Assembly (NCBI RefSeq): GCF_009914755.1
Contig: NC_060946.1
Direction: 5' to 3' (one strand)
Length of the DNA: 64,000 nucleotides
Origin: the human T2T-CHM13v2.0 reference genome, Homo sapiens
The notes below the pieces were generated by a model, which made no database searches, was not told the origin of the DNA, and saw only the letters and a program-made list of their open reading frames with translations. The translations under genes were made by a program, and so were the position numbers. Shown piece after piece: positions 11,401-24,499 of this stretch; position 1 is the first letter of the stretch, and each line of letters begins with the position of its first letter.

Positions 11401-14000
11401 CGAAACGTCCACTTCCATATACTACCAAAAGAGCGTTTCAAACCTGCTCTAGGAAAGGCAATGTTCAACTCTCTGACTTGAATGCAGACATCACAGAGCA
11501 GTTTCTGAGAATGTTTCTGTCTAGATTTTATAGGAAGATATTCCCGTTTCCAACGAAATCTTCACAGCTATCCAAATATCCACTTGCAGATTCTACAAAA
11601 AGAGTGTATCAAAACTGCTCTGTCAAAAGGAAGGTTCTTCTCTGTTAGGTGAGTGCATACGTCATAAAGGAGTTTCTGAGAATGTTTCTGTCTAGTGGTT
11701 ATGGGAAGATATTTGCTTTTTCCCCGTAGACCTCAGAGCGCTCCAAATGTCGACTTGCACATGCTACAAAAAGAGTGCTTCAAAGCTGCTCTCTGAAAGG
11801 GAATGTTCAACTCTATGAGTTGAATGTAAACATCACAAAGACGTTTCTGAGAATGCTTCTGTCTAGATTTGATATGAAGATATTCCCGTTTCCAACGAAA
11901 TCTTCAAATCTATCCAAATGTCCACTTGCAGATTCAACAAAAAGTGTTTTTCAAAACTGCTGTATCAAAAGAAAGATCCACGTCTGTTAGCTGAGTTCAC
12001 ACATCACAAACAAGTTTATGAGAATGCTTCTGTCTAGTTTTTATTTGAAGATATTTCCTTTCTCACCATAGACCTGAAAGCTGTCCTAATGTTCACTTCC
12101 AGATACTACAGAAAGAGTGTTTCAAAACTGCTGTACGAAAGGGAATGTTCAACTCTGTGACTTGAATGCACACATCACAAAGAAGTTTCTGAGGATGCTG
12201 CTGTCTACTTTTTATACGTAATCCCGTTTCCAACGAAATCCTCCAAGCTATCCAAATATCCACTTGCAGATTCCACAGAAAGACTGTTTCAAAACTGCTC
12301 TGTCAATAGAAAGGTTCAACTCTGTTAGCTGCGTGCATATATCCCAAAGAAGATTTTGAGATTGCTTCTGTCTAGTTTTTATGGGAAGATATTTCCCTTT
12401 TCACCGTAGGTGTCAAGGCTCTCCAAATGTCCACTTCCAGATACTACAAAAAGAGTGTTTCAAACCTACTCTGTGAAAGGGAATATTCAACTCTGTGACT
12501 TTAATGCACATATCACAAAGAAGTTTCTGAGAATGCTTCTGTCGAGATTTTATATGAAGATATTCCCGTTTCCAAAGAAATCCTGAAATCTATCCAAATA
12601 TCCCCTCGCAGATTCTACAAAAAGAGTGTTTCAAAACTGCTCTGTAAAAAGAAAGGTTCAACTCTGTTAGTTGAGTACACACATCACAAACAAGTTTCAC
12701 AGAATGCTTCTTTCTAGCTTGTAGGGGAAGATATTCCCTTTATCACCATGGGCCTCCAACCGTCCGAAACGTCCACTTTCATATACTACAAAAAGAGCGT
12801 TTCAAACCTGCTCTAGGAAAGGCAATGTTCAACTCTGTGACTTGAATGCAGACATCACAGAGCAGTTTCTGAGAATGCTTCTGTCTAGATTTTATAGGAA
12901 GATATTCCCGTTTCCAACGAAATCTTCACAGCTATCCAAATATCCACTTGCAGATTCTACAAAAAGAGTGTATCAAAACTGCTCTGTCAAAAGGAAGGTT
13001 CTTCTCTGTTAGGTGAGTGCATACGTCATAAAGGAGTTTCTGAGAATGTTTCTGTCTAGTGGTTATGGGAAGATATTTGCTTTTTCACCGTAGGCCTCAG
13101 AGCGCTCCAAATATCCACTTGCACATACTACAAAAAGAGTGCCTCAAAGCTGCTCTCTGAAACGGAATGTTCAACTCTATGAGTTGAATGCAAACATCAC
13201 AAAGACGTTTCTGAGAATGCTTCTGTCTAGATTTGATATGAAGATATTCCCGTTTCCAACGAAATCTTCTAATCTATCCAAATGTCCACTTGCAGATTCA
13301 ACAAAAAGTGTTTTTCAGAACTGCTCTATCAAAAGAAAGATCCACCTCTGTTAGCTGAGTTCACACATCACAAACAAGTTTATGAGAATGCTTCTGTCTA
13401 GTTTTTATTTGAAGATATTTCCTTTCTCACCATAGACCTGAAAGCTGTCCTAATGTTCACTTCCAGATACTACAGAAAGAGTGTTTCAAAACTGCTGTAC
13501 GAAAGGGAATGTTCAACTCTGTGACTTGAATGCACACATCACAAAGAAGTTTCTGAGGATGCTGCTGTCTACTTTTTATACGTAATCCCGTTTCCAACGA
13601 AATCCTCCAAGCTATCCAAATATCCACTTGCAGATTCCACAGAAAGACTGTTTCAAAACTGCTCTGTCAATAGAAAGGTTCAACTCTGTTAGCTGCGTGC
13701 ATATATCCCAAAGAAGATTCTGAGATTGCTTCTGTCTAGTTTTTATGGGAAGATATTTCCCTTTTCACCGTAGGCGTCAAGGCGCTCCAAATGTCCACTT
13801 CCAGATACTACAAAAAGAGTGTTTCAAACCTACTCTGTGAAAGGGAATATTCAACTCTGTGACTTGAATGCAGATATCACAAAGAAGTTTCTGAGAATGC
13901 TTCTGTCGAGATTTTATATGAAGATATTCCCGGTTCCAACGAAATCCTGAAATCTATCCAAATATCCCCTCGCAGATTCTACAAAAAGAGTGTTTCAAAA
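8480..14000. repeat. Tandem duplication of a 2-HOR (2728-bp) block
   Basis: Rare variants recur at +2728: gtcgac 9021/11749, ccactttcat ~10050/12778, cttctaatc ~10540/13268, cccggtt 11201/13929, gaatgtttct ~8782/11510. Confidence 0.9.
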
Positions 14001-17000
14001 CTGTTCTGTAAAAAGAAAGGTTCAACTCTGTTAGTTGAGTACACACATCACAAACAAGTATCACAGAATGCTTCTTTCTAGCTTGTAGGGAAAGATATTC
14101 CCTTTATCACCATGGACCTCAAACCGTCCGAAACGTCCACTTCCATATACTTCAAAAAGAGCGTTTCAAACCTGCTCTATGAAAGGCAATGTTCAACTCT
14201 GTGACTTGAATGCAGACATCACAGAGCTGTTTCTGAGAATGCTTCTATCTAGATTTTATAGGATGATATTCCCGTTTCCAACGAAATCTTCACAGCTATC
14301 CAAATATCCACTTGCAGATTCTACAAAAAGAGTGTATCCAAACTGCTCTGGCAAAAGGAAGGTTCTTCTCTGTTAGGTGAGTGCATACGTCATAAAGGAG
14401 TTTCTGAGAATGTTTCTGTCTAGTGGTTATGGGAAGATATTTGCTTTTTCACCGTAGGCCTCAGAGCGCTCCAAATATCCACTTGCACATACTACAAAAA
14501 GAGTGCCTCAAAGCTGCTCTCTGAAATGGAAAGTTCAACTCTATGAGTTGAATGCAAACATCACAAAGACGTTTCTGAGAATGCTTCTGTCTAGATTTGA
14601 TATGAAGATATTCCCGTTTCCAACGAAATCTTCTAATCTATCCAAATGTCCACTTGCAGATTCAACAAAAAGTGTTTTTCAGAACTGCTCTATCAAAAGA
14701 AAGATCCACCTCTGTTAGCTGAGTTCACACATCACAAACAAGTTTATGAGAATGCTTCTGTCTAGTTTTTATTTGAAGATATTTCCTTTCTCACCATAGA
14801 CCTGAAAGCTGTCCTAATGTTCACTTCCAGATACCACAGAAAGAGTGTTTAAAAACTGCTGTACGAAAGGGAATGTTCAACTCTGTGACTTGAATGCACA
14901 CATCACAAAGAAGTTTCTGAGGATGCTGCTGTCTACTTTTTATACGTAATCCCGTTTCCAACGAAATCCTCCAAGCTATCCAAATATCCACTTGCAGATT
15001 CCACAGAAAGACTGTTTCAAAACTGCTCTGTCAATAGAAAGGTTCAACTCTGTTAGCTGCGTGCATATATCCCAAAGAAGATTCTGAGATTGCTTCTGTC
15101 TAGTTTTTATGGGAAGATATTTCCCTTTTCACCGTAGGTGTCAAGGCGCTCCAAATGTCCACTTCCAGATACTACAAAAAGAGTGTTTCAAACCTGCTCT
15201 GTGATAGGGAATATTCAACTCTGTGACTTTAATGCACATATCACAAAGAAGTTTCTGAGAATGCTTCTGTCGAGATTTTATATGAAGATATTCCCGTTTC
15301 CAAAGAAATCCTGAAATCTATCCAAATATCCCCTCGCAGATTCTACAAAAAGAGTGTTTCAAAACTGCTCTGTAAAAAGAAAGGTTCAACTCTGTTAGTT
15401 GAGTACACACATCACAAACAAGTTTCACAGAATGCTTCTTTCTAGCTTGTAGGGGAAGATATTCCCTTTATCACCATGGGCCTCCAACCGTCCGAAACGT
15501 CCACTTCCATATACTACAAAAAGAGCGTTTCAAACCTGCTCTAGGAAAGGCAATGTTCAACTCTGTGACTTGAATGCAGACATCACAGAGCAGTTTCTGA
15601 GAATGCTTCTGTCTAGATTTTATAGGAAGATATTCCCGTTTCCAACGAAATCTTCACAGCTATCCAAATATCCACTTGCAGATTCTACAAAAAGAGTGTA
15701 TCAAAACTGCTCTGTCAAAAGGAAGGTTCTTCTCTGTTAGGTGAGTGCATACGTCATAAAGGAGTTTCTGAGAATGTTTCTGTCTAGTGGTTATGGGAAG
15801 ATATTTGCTTTTTCCCCGTAGACCTCAGAGCGCTCCAAATGTCGACTTGCACATGCTACAAAAAGAGTGCCTCAAAGCTGCTCTTTGAAACGGAATGTTC
15901 AACTCTATGAGTTGAATGTAAACATCACAAAGACGTTTCTGAGAATGCTTCTGTCTAGATTTGATATGAAGATATTCCCGTTTCCAACGAAATCTTCAAA
16001 TCTATCCAAATGTCCACTTGCAGATTCAACAAAAAGTGTTTTTCAAAACTGCTGTATCAAAAGAAAGATCCACGTCTGTTAGCTGAGTTCACACATCACA
16101 AACAAGTTTATGAGAATGCTTCTGTCTAGTTTTTATTTGAAGATATTTCCTTTCTCACCATAGACCTGAAAGCTGTTCTAATGTTCACTTCCAGATACTA
16201 CAGAAAGAGTGTTTCAAAACTGCTGTACGAAAGGGAATGTTCAACTCTGTGACTTGAATGCACACATCACAAAGAAGTTTCTGAGGATGCTGCTGTCTAC
16301 TTTTTATACGTAATCCCGTTTCCAACGAAATCCTCCAAGCTATCCAAATATCCAGTTGCAGATTCCACAGAAAGACTGTTTCAAAACTGCTCTGTCAATA
16401 GAAAGGTTCAACTCTGTTAGCTGCGTGCATATATCCCAAAGAAGATTTTGAGATTGCTTCTGTCTAGTTTTTATGGGAAGATATTTCCCTTTTCACCGTA
16501 GGTGTCAAGGCTCTCCAAATGTCCACTTCCAGATACTACAAAAAGAGTGTTTCAAACCTACTCTGTGAAAGGGAATATTCAACTCTGTGACTTTAATGCA
16601 CATATCACAAAGAAGTTTCTGAGAATGCTTCTGTCGAGATTTTATATGAAGATATTCCCGTTTCCAAAGAAATCCTGAAATCTATCCAAATATCCCCTCG
16701 CAGATTCTACAAAAAGAGTGTTTCAAAACTGCTCTGTAAAAAGAAAGGTTCAACTCTGTTAGTTGAGTACACACATCACAAACAAGTTTCACAGAATGCT
16801 TCTTTCTAGCTTGTAGGGGAAGATATTCCCTTTATCACCATGGGCCTCCAACCGTCCGAAACGTCCACTTCCATATACTACAAAAAGAGCGTTTCAAACC
16901 TGCTCTAGGAAAGGCAATGTTCAACTCTGTGACTTGAATGCAGACATCACAGAGCAGTTTCTGAGAATGCTTCTGTCTAGATTTTATAGGAAGATATTCC

Positions 17001-20000
17001 CGTTTCCAACGAAATCTTCACAGCTATCCAAATATCCACTTGCAGATTCTACAAAAAGAGTGTATCAAAACTGCTCTGTCAAAAGGAAGGTTCTTCTCTG
17101 TTAGGTGAGTGCATACGTCATAAAGGAGTTTCTGAGAATGTTTCTGTCTAGTGGTTATGGGAAGATATTTGCTTTTTCACCGTAGGCCTCAGAGCGCTCC
17201 AAATATCCACTTGCACATACTACAAAAAGAGTGCCTCAAAGCTGCTCTCTGAAATGGAATGTTCAACTCTATGAGTTGAATGCAAACATCACAAAGACGT
17301 TTCTGAGAATGCTTCTGTCTAGATTTGATATGAAGATATTCCCGTTTCCAACGAAATCTTCAAATCTATCCAAATGTCCACTTGCAGATTCAACAAAAAG
17401 TGTTTTTCAGAACTGCTCTATCAAAAGAAAGATCCACCTCTGTTAGCTGAGTTCACACATCACAAACAAGTTTATGAGAATGCTTCTGTCTAGTTTTTAA
17501 TTGAAGATATTTCCTTTCTCACCATAGACCTGAAAGCTGTCCTAATGTTCACTTCCAGATACTACAGAAAGAGTGTTTCAAAACTGCTGTACGAAAGGGA
17601 ATGTTCAACTCTGTGACTTGAATGCACACATCAGAAAGAAGTTTCTGAGGATGCTGCTGTCTACTTTTTATACGTAATCCCGTTTCCAACGAAATCCTCC
17701 AAGCTATCCAAATATCCACTTGCAGATTCCACAGAAAGACTGTTTCAAAACTGCTCTGTCAATAGAAAGGTTCAACTCTGTTAGCTGCGTGCATATATCC
17801 CAAAGAAGATTCTGAGATTGCTTCTGTCTAGTTTTTATGGGAAGATATTTCCCTTTTCACCGTAGGTGTCAAGGCGCTCCAAATGTCCACTTCCAGATAC
17901 TACAAAAAGAGTGTTTCAAACCTGCTCTGTGATAGGGAATATTCAACTCTGTGACTTTAATGCACATATCACAAAGAAGTTTCTGAGAATGCTTCTGTCG
18001 AGATTTTATATGAAGATATTCCCGTTTCCAAAGAAATCCTGAAATCTATCCAAATATCCCCTCACAGATTCTACAAAAAGAGTGTTTCAAAACTGTTCTG
18101 TAAAAAGAAAGGTTCAACTCTGTTAGTTGAGTACACACATCACAAACAAGTTTCACAGAATGCTTCTTTCTAGCTTGTAGGGGAAGATATTCCCTTTATT
18201 ACCATGGGCCTCCAACCGTCCGAAACGTCCACTTCCATATACTACAAAAAGAGCGTTTCAAACCTGCTCTAGGAAAGGCAATGTTCAACTCTGTGACTTG
18301 AATGCAGACATCACAGAGCAGTTTCTGAGAATGCTTCTGTCTAGATTTTATAGGAAGATATTCCCGTTTCCAACGAAATCTTCACAGCTATCCAAATATC
18401 CACTTGCAGATTCTACAAAAAGAGTGTATCAAAACTGCTCTGTCAAAAGGAAGGTTCTTCTCTGTTAGGTGAGTGCATACGTCATAAAGGAGTTTCTGAG
18501 AATGTTTCTGTCTAGTGGTTATGGGAAGATATTTGCTTTTTCACCGTAGGCCTCAGAGCGCTCCAAATATCCACTTGCACATACTACAAAAAGAGTGCCT
18601 CAAAGCTGCTCTTTGAAACGGAATGTTCAACTCTATGAGTTGAATGCAAACATCACAAAGACGTTTCTGAGAATGCTTCTGTCTAGATTTGATATGAAGA
18701 TATTCCCGTTTCCAACGAAATCTTCAAATCTATCCAAATGTCCACTTGCAGATTCAACAAAAAGTGTTTTTCAGAACTGCTCTATCAAAAGAAAGATCCA
18801 CCTCTGTTAGCTGAGTTCACACATCACAAACAAGTTTATGAGAATGCTTCTGTCTAGTTTTTATTTGAAGATATTTCCTTTCTCACCATAGACCTGAAAG
18901 CTGTCCTAATGTTCACTTCCAGATACTACAGAAAGAGTGTTTCAAAACTGCTGTACGAAAGGGAATGTTCAACTCTGTGACTTGAATGCACACATCACAA
19001 AGAAGTTTCTGAGGATGCTGCTGTCTACTTTTTATACGTAATCCCGTTTCCAACGAAATCCTCCAAGCTATCCAAATATCCACTTGCAGATTCCACAGAA
19101 AGACTGTTTCAAAACTGCTCTGTCAATAGAAAGGTTCAACTCTGTTAGCTGCGTGCATATATCCCAAAGAAGATTCTGAGATTGCTTCTGTCTAGTTTTT
19201 ATGGGAAGATATTTCCCTTTTCACCGTAGGCGTCAAGGCGCTCCAAATGTCCACTTCCAGATACTACAAAAAGAGGGTTTCAAACGTACTCTGTGAAAGG
19301 GAATATTCAACTCTGTGACTTGAATGCAGATATCACAAAGAAGTTTCTGAGAATGCTTCTGTCGAGATTTTATATGAAGATATTCCCGTTTCCAACGAAA
19401 TCCTGAAATCTATCCAAATATCCCCTCGCAGATTCTACAAAAAGAGTGTTTCAAAACTGTTCTGTAAAAAGAAAGGTTCAACTCTGTTAGTTGAGTACAC
19501 ACATCACAAACAAGTATCACAGAATGCTTCTTTCTAGCTTGTAGGGAAAGATATTCCCTTTATCACCATGGGCCTCAAACCGTCCGAAACGTCCACTTCC
19601 ATATACTTCAAAAAGAGCGTTTCAAACCTGCTCTATGAAAGGCAATGTTCAACTCTGTGACTTGAATGCAGACATCACAGAGCTGTTTCTGAGAATGCTT
19701 CTATCTAGATTTTATAGGATGATATTCCCGTTTCCAACGAAATCTTCACAGCTATCCAAATATCCACTTGCAGATTCTACAAAAAGAGTGTATCCAAACT
19801 GCTCTGGCAAAAGGAAGGTTCTTCTCTGTTAGGTGAGTGCATACGTCATAAAGGAGTTTCTGAGAATGTTTCTGTCTAGTGGTTATGGGAAGATATTTGC
19901 TTTTTCACCGTAGGCCTCAGAGCGCTCCAAATATCCACTTGCACATACTACAAAAAGAGTGCCTCAAAGCTGCTCTCTGAAATGGAATGTTCAACTCTAT

Positions 20001-23000
20001 GAGTTGAATGCAAACATCACAAAGACGTTTCTGAGAATGCTTCTGTCTAGATTTGATATGAAGATATTCCCGTTTCCAACGAAATCTTCAAATCTATCCA
20101 AATGTCCACTTGCAGATTCAACAAAAAGTGTTTTTCAAAACTGCTCTATCAAAAGAAAGATCCACCTCTGTTAGCTGAGTTCACACATCCAAACAAGTTT
20201 ATGAGAATGCTTCTGTCTAGTTTTTATTTGAAGATATTTCCTTTCTCACCATAGACCTGAAAGCTGTCCTAATGTTCACTTCCAGATACCACAGAAAGAG
20301 TGTTTCAAAACTGCTGTACGAAAGGGAATGTTCAACTCTGTGACTTGAATGCACACATCACAAAGAAGTTTCTGAGGATGCTGCTGTCTACTTTTTATAC
20401 GTAATCCCGTTTCCAACGAAATCCTCCAAGCTATCCAAATATCCACTTGCAGATTCCACAGAAAGACTGTTTCAAAACTGCTCTGTCAATAGAAAGGTTC
20501 AACTCTGTTAGCTGCGTGCATATATCCCAAAGAAGATTCTGAGATTGCTTCTGTCTAGTTTTTATGGGAAGATATTTCCCTTTTCACCGTAGGTGTCAAG
20601 GCGCTCCAAATGTCCACTTCCAGATACTACAAAAAGAGTGTTTCAAACCTGCTCTGTGATAGGGAATATTCAACTCTGTGACTTTAATGCACATATCACA
20701 AAGAAGTTTCTGAGAATGCTTCTGTCGAGATTTTATATGAAGATATTCCCGTTTCCAAAGAAATCCTGAAATCTATCCAAATATCCCCTCGCAGATTCTA
20801 CAAAAAGAGTGTTTCAAAACTGCTCTGTAAAAAGAAAGGTTCAACTCTGTTAGTTGAGTACACACATCACAAACAAGTTTCACAGAATGCTTCTTTCTAG
20901 CTTGTAGGGGAAGATATTCCCTTTATCACCATGGGCCTCCAACCGTCCGAAACGTCCACTTCCATATACTACAAAAAGAGCGTTTCAAACCTGCTCTATG
21001 AAAGGCAATGTTCAACTCTGTGACTTGAATGCAGACATCACAGAGCAGTTTCTGAGAATGCTTCTGTCTAGATTTTATAGGAAGATATTCCCGTTTCCAA
21101 CGAAATCTTCACAGCTATCCAAATATCCACTTGCAGATTCTACAAAAAGAGTGTATCAAAACTGCTCTGTCAAAAGGAAGGTTCTTCTCTGTTAGGTGAG
21201 TGCATACGTCATAAAGGAGTTTCTGAGAATGTTTCTGTCTAGTGGTTATGGGAAGATATTTGCTTTTTCACCGTAGGCCTCAGAGCGCTCCAAATATCCA
21301 CTTGCACATACTACAAAAAGAGTGCCTCAAAGCTGCTCTTTGAAACGGAATATTCAACTCTATGAGTTGAATGCAAACATCACAAAGACGTTTCTGAGAA
21401 TGCTTCTGTCTAGATTTGATATGAAGATATTCCCGTTTCCAACAAAATCTTCAAATCTATCCAAATGTCCACTTGCAGATTCAACAAAAAGTGTTTTTCA
21501 GAACTGCTCTATCAAAAGAAAGATCCACCTCTGTAGGCTGAGTTCACACATCACAAACAAGTTTATGAGAATGCTTCTGTCTAGTTTTTATTTGAAGATA
21601 TTTCCTTTCTCACCATAGACCTGAAAGCTGTCCTAATGTTCACTTCCAGATACTACAGAAAGAGTGTTTCAAAACTGCTGTACGAAAGGGAATGTTCAAC
21701 TCTGTGACTTGAATGCACACATCACAAAGAAGTTTCTGAGGATGCTGCTGTCTACTTTTTATACGTAATCCCGTTTCCAACGAAATCCTCCAAGCTATCC
21801 AAATATCCACTTGCAGATTCCACAGAAAGACTGTTTCAAAACTGCTCTGTCAATAGAAAGGTTCAACTCTGTTAGCTGCGTGCATATATCCCAAAGAAGA
21901 TTCTGAGATTCCTTCTGTCTAGTTTTTATGGGAAGATATTTCCCTTTTCACCGTAGGCGTCAAGGCGCTCCAAATGTCCACTTCCAGATACTACAAAAAG
22001 AGTGTTTCAAACCTACTCTGTGAAAGGGAATATTCAACTCTGTGACTTGAATGCACATATCACAAAGAAGTTTCTGAGAATGCTTCTGTCGAGATTTTAT
22101 ATGAAGATATTCCCGTTTCCAACGAAATCCTGAAATCTATCCAAATATCCCCTCGCAGATTCTACAAAAAGAGTGTTTCAAAACTGCTCTGTAAAAAGAA
22201 AGGTTCAACTCTGTTAGTTGAGTACACACATCACAAACAAGTTTCACAGAATGCTTCTTTCTAGCTTGTAGGGGAAGATATTCCCTTTATCACCATGGTC
22301 CTCAAACCGTCCGAAAAGTCCACTTCCATATACTACAAAAAGAGCGTTTCAAACCTGCTCTAGGAAAGGCAATGTTCAACTCTGTGACTTGAATGCAGAC
22401 ATCACAGAGCAGTTTCTGAGAATGCTTCTGTCTAGATTTTATAGGAAGATATTCCCGTTTCCAACGAAATCTTCACAGCTATCCAAATATCCACTTGCAG
22501 ATTCTACAAAAAGAGTGTATCAAAACTGCTCTGTCAAAAGGAAGGTTCTTCTCTGTTAGGTGAGTGCATACGTCATAAAGGAGTTTCTGAGAATGTTTCT
22601 GTCTAGTGGTTATGGGAAGATATTTGCTTTTTCACCGTAGGCCTCAGAGCGCTCCAAATATCCACTTGCACATACTACAAAAAGAGTGCCTCAAAGCTGC
22701 TCTCTGAAACGGAATGTTCAACTCTATGAGTTGAATGCAAACATCACAAAGACGTTTCTGAGAATGCTTCTGTCTAGATTTGATATGAAGATATTCCCGT
22801 TTCCAACGAAATCTTCAAATCTATCCAAATGTCCACTTGCAGATTCAACAAAAAGTGTTTTTCAGAACTGCTCTATCAAAAGAAAGATCCACCTCTGTTA
22901 GCTGAGTTCACACATCACAAACAAGTTTATGAGAATGCTTCTGTCTAGTTTTTATTTGAAGATATTTCCTTTCTCACCATAGACCTGAAAGCTGTCCTAA

Positions 23001-24499
23001 TGTTCACTTCCAGATACTACAGAAAGAGTGTTTCAAAACTGCTGTACGAAAGGGAATGTTCAACTCTGTGACTTGAATGCACACATCACAAAGAAGTTTC
23101 TGAGGATGCTGCTGTCTACTTTTTATACGTAATCCCGTTTCCAACGAAATCCTCCAAGCTATCCAAATATCCAGTTGCAGATTCCACAGAAAGACTGTTT
23201 CAAAACTGCTCTGTCAATAGAAAGGTTCAACTCTGTTAGCTGCGTGCATATATCCCAAAGAAGATTCTGAGATTGCTTCTGTCTAGTTTTTATGGGAAGA
23301 TATTTCCCTTTTCACCGTAGGCGTCAAGGCGCTCCAAATGTCCACTTCCAGATACTACAAAAAGAGTGTTTCAAACCTACTCTGTGAAAGGGAATATTCA
23401 ACTCTGTGACTTGAATGCACATATCACAAAGAAGTTTCTGAGAATGCTTCTGTCGAGATTTTATATGAAGATATTCCCGTTTCCAACGAAATCCTGAAAT
23501 CTATCCAAGAATCCCCTCGCAGATTCTACAAAAAGAGTGTTTCAAAACTGCTCTGTAAAAAGAAAGGTTCAACTCTGTTAGTTGAGTACACACATCACAA
23601 ACAAGTTTCACAGAATGCTTCTTTCTAGCTTGCAGGGGAAGATATTCCCTTTATCACCATGGTCCTCAAACCGTCCGAAACGTCCACTTCCATATACTAC
23701 AAAAAGAGCGTTTCAAACCTGCTCTAGGAAAGGCAATGTTCAACTCTGTGACTTGAATGCAGACATCACAGAACAGTTTCTGAGAATGCTTCTGTCTAGA
23801 TTTTATAGGAAGATATTCCCGTTTCCAACGAAATCTTCACAGCTATCCAAATATCCACTTGCAGATTCTACAAAAAGAGTGTATCAAAACTGCTCTGTCA
23901 AAAGGAAGGTTCTTCTCTGTTAGGTGAGTGCATACGTCATAAAGGAGTTTCTGAGAATGTTTCTGTCTAGTGGTTATGGGAAGATATTTGCTTTTTCCCC
24001 GTAGACCTCAGAGCGCTCCAAATATCCACTTGCACATACTACAAAAAGAGTGCCTCAAAGCTGCTCTCTGAAACGGAATGTTCAACTCTATGAGTTGAAT
24101 GCAAACATCACAAAGACGTTTCTGAGAATGCTTCTGTCTAGATTTGATATGAAGATATTCCCGTTTCCAACGAAATCTTCAAATCTATCCAAATGTCCAC
24201 TTGCAGATTCAACAAAAAGTGTTTTTCAGAACTGCTCTATCAAAAGAAAGATCCACCTCTGTTAGCTGAGTTCACACATCACAAACAAGTTTATGAGAAT
24301 GCTTCTGTCTAGTTTTTATTTGAAGATATTTCCTTTCTCACCATAGACCTGAAAGCTGTCCTAATGTTCACTTCCAGATACTACAGAAAGAGTGTTTCAA
24401 AACTGCTGTACGAAAGGGAATGTTCAACTCTGTGACTTGAATGCACACATCACAAAGAAGTTTCTGAGGATGCTACTGTCTACTTTTTATACGTAATCC

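Noticed and set aside
23582-23923. Longest ORF (113 aa; also 24946 and 29038)
   Set aside because: It arises from one TAG>CAG substitution copied by duplication; there is no evidence of coding function.
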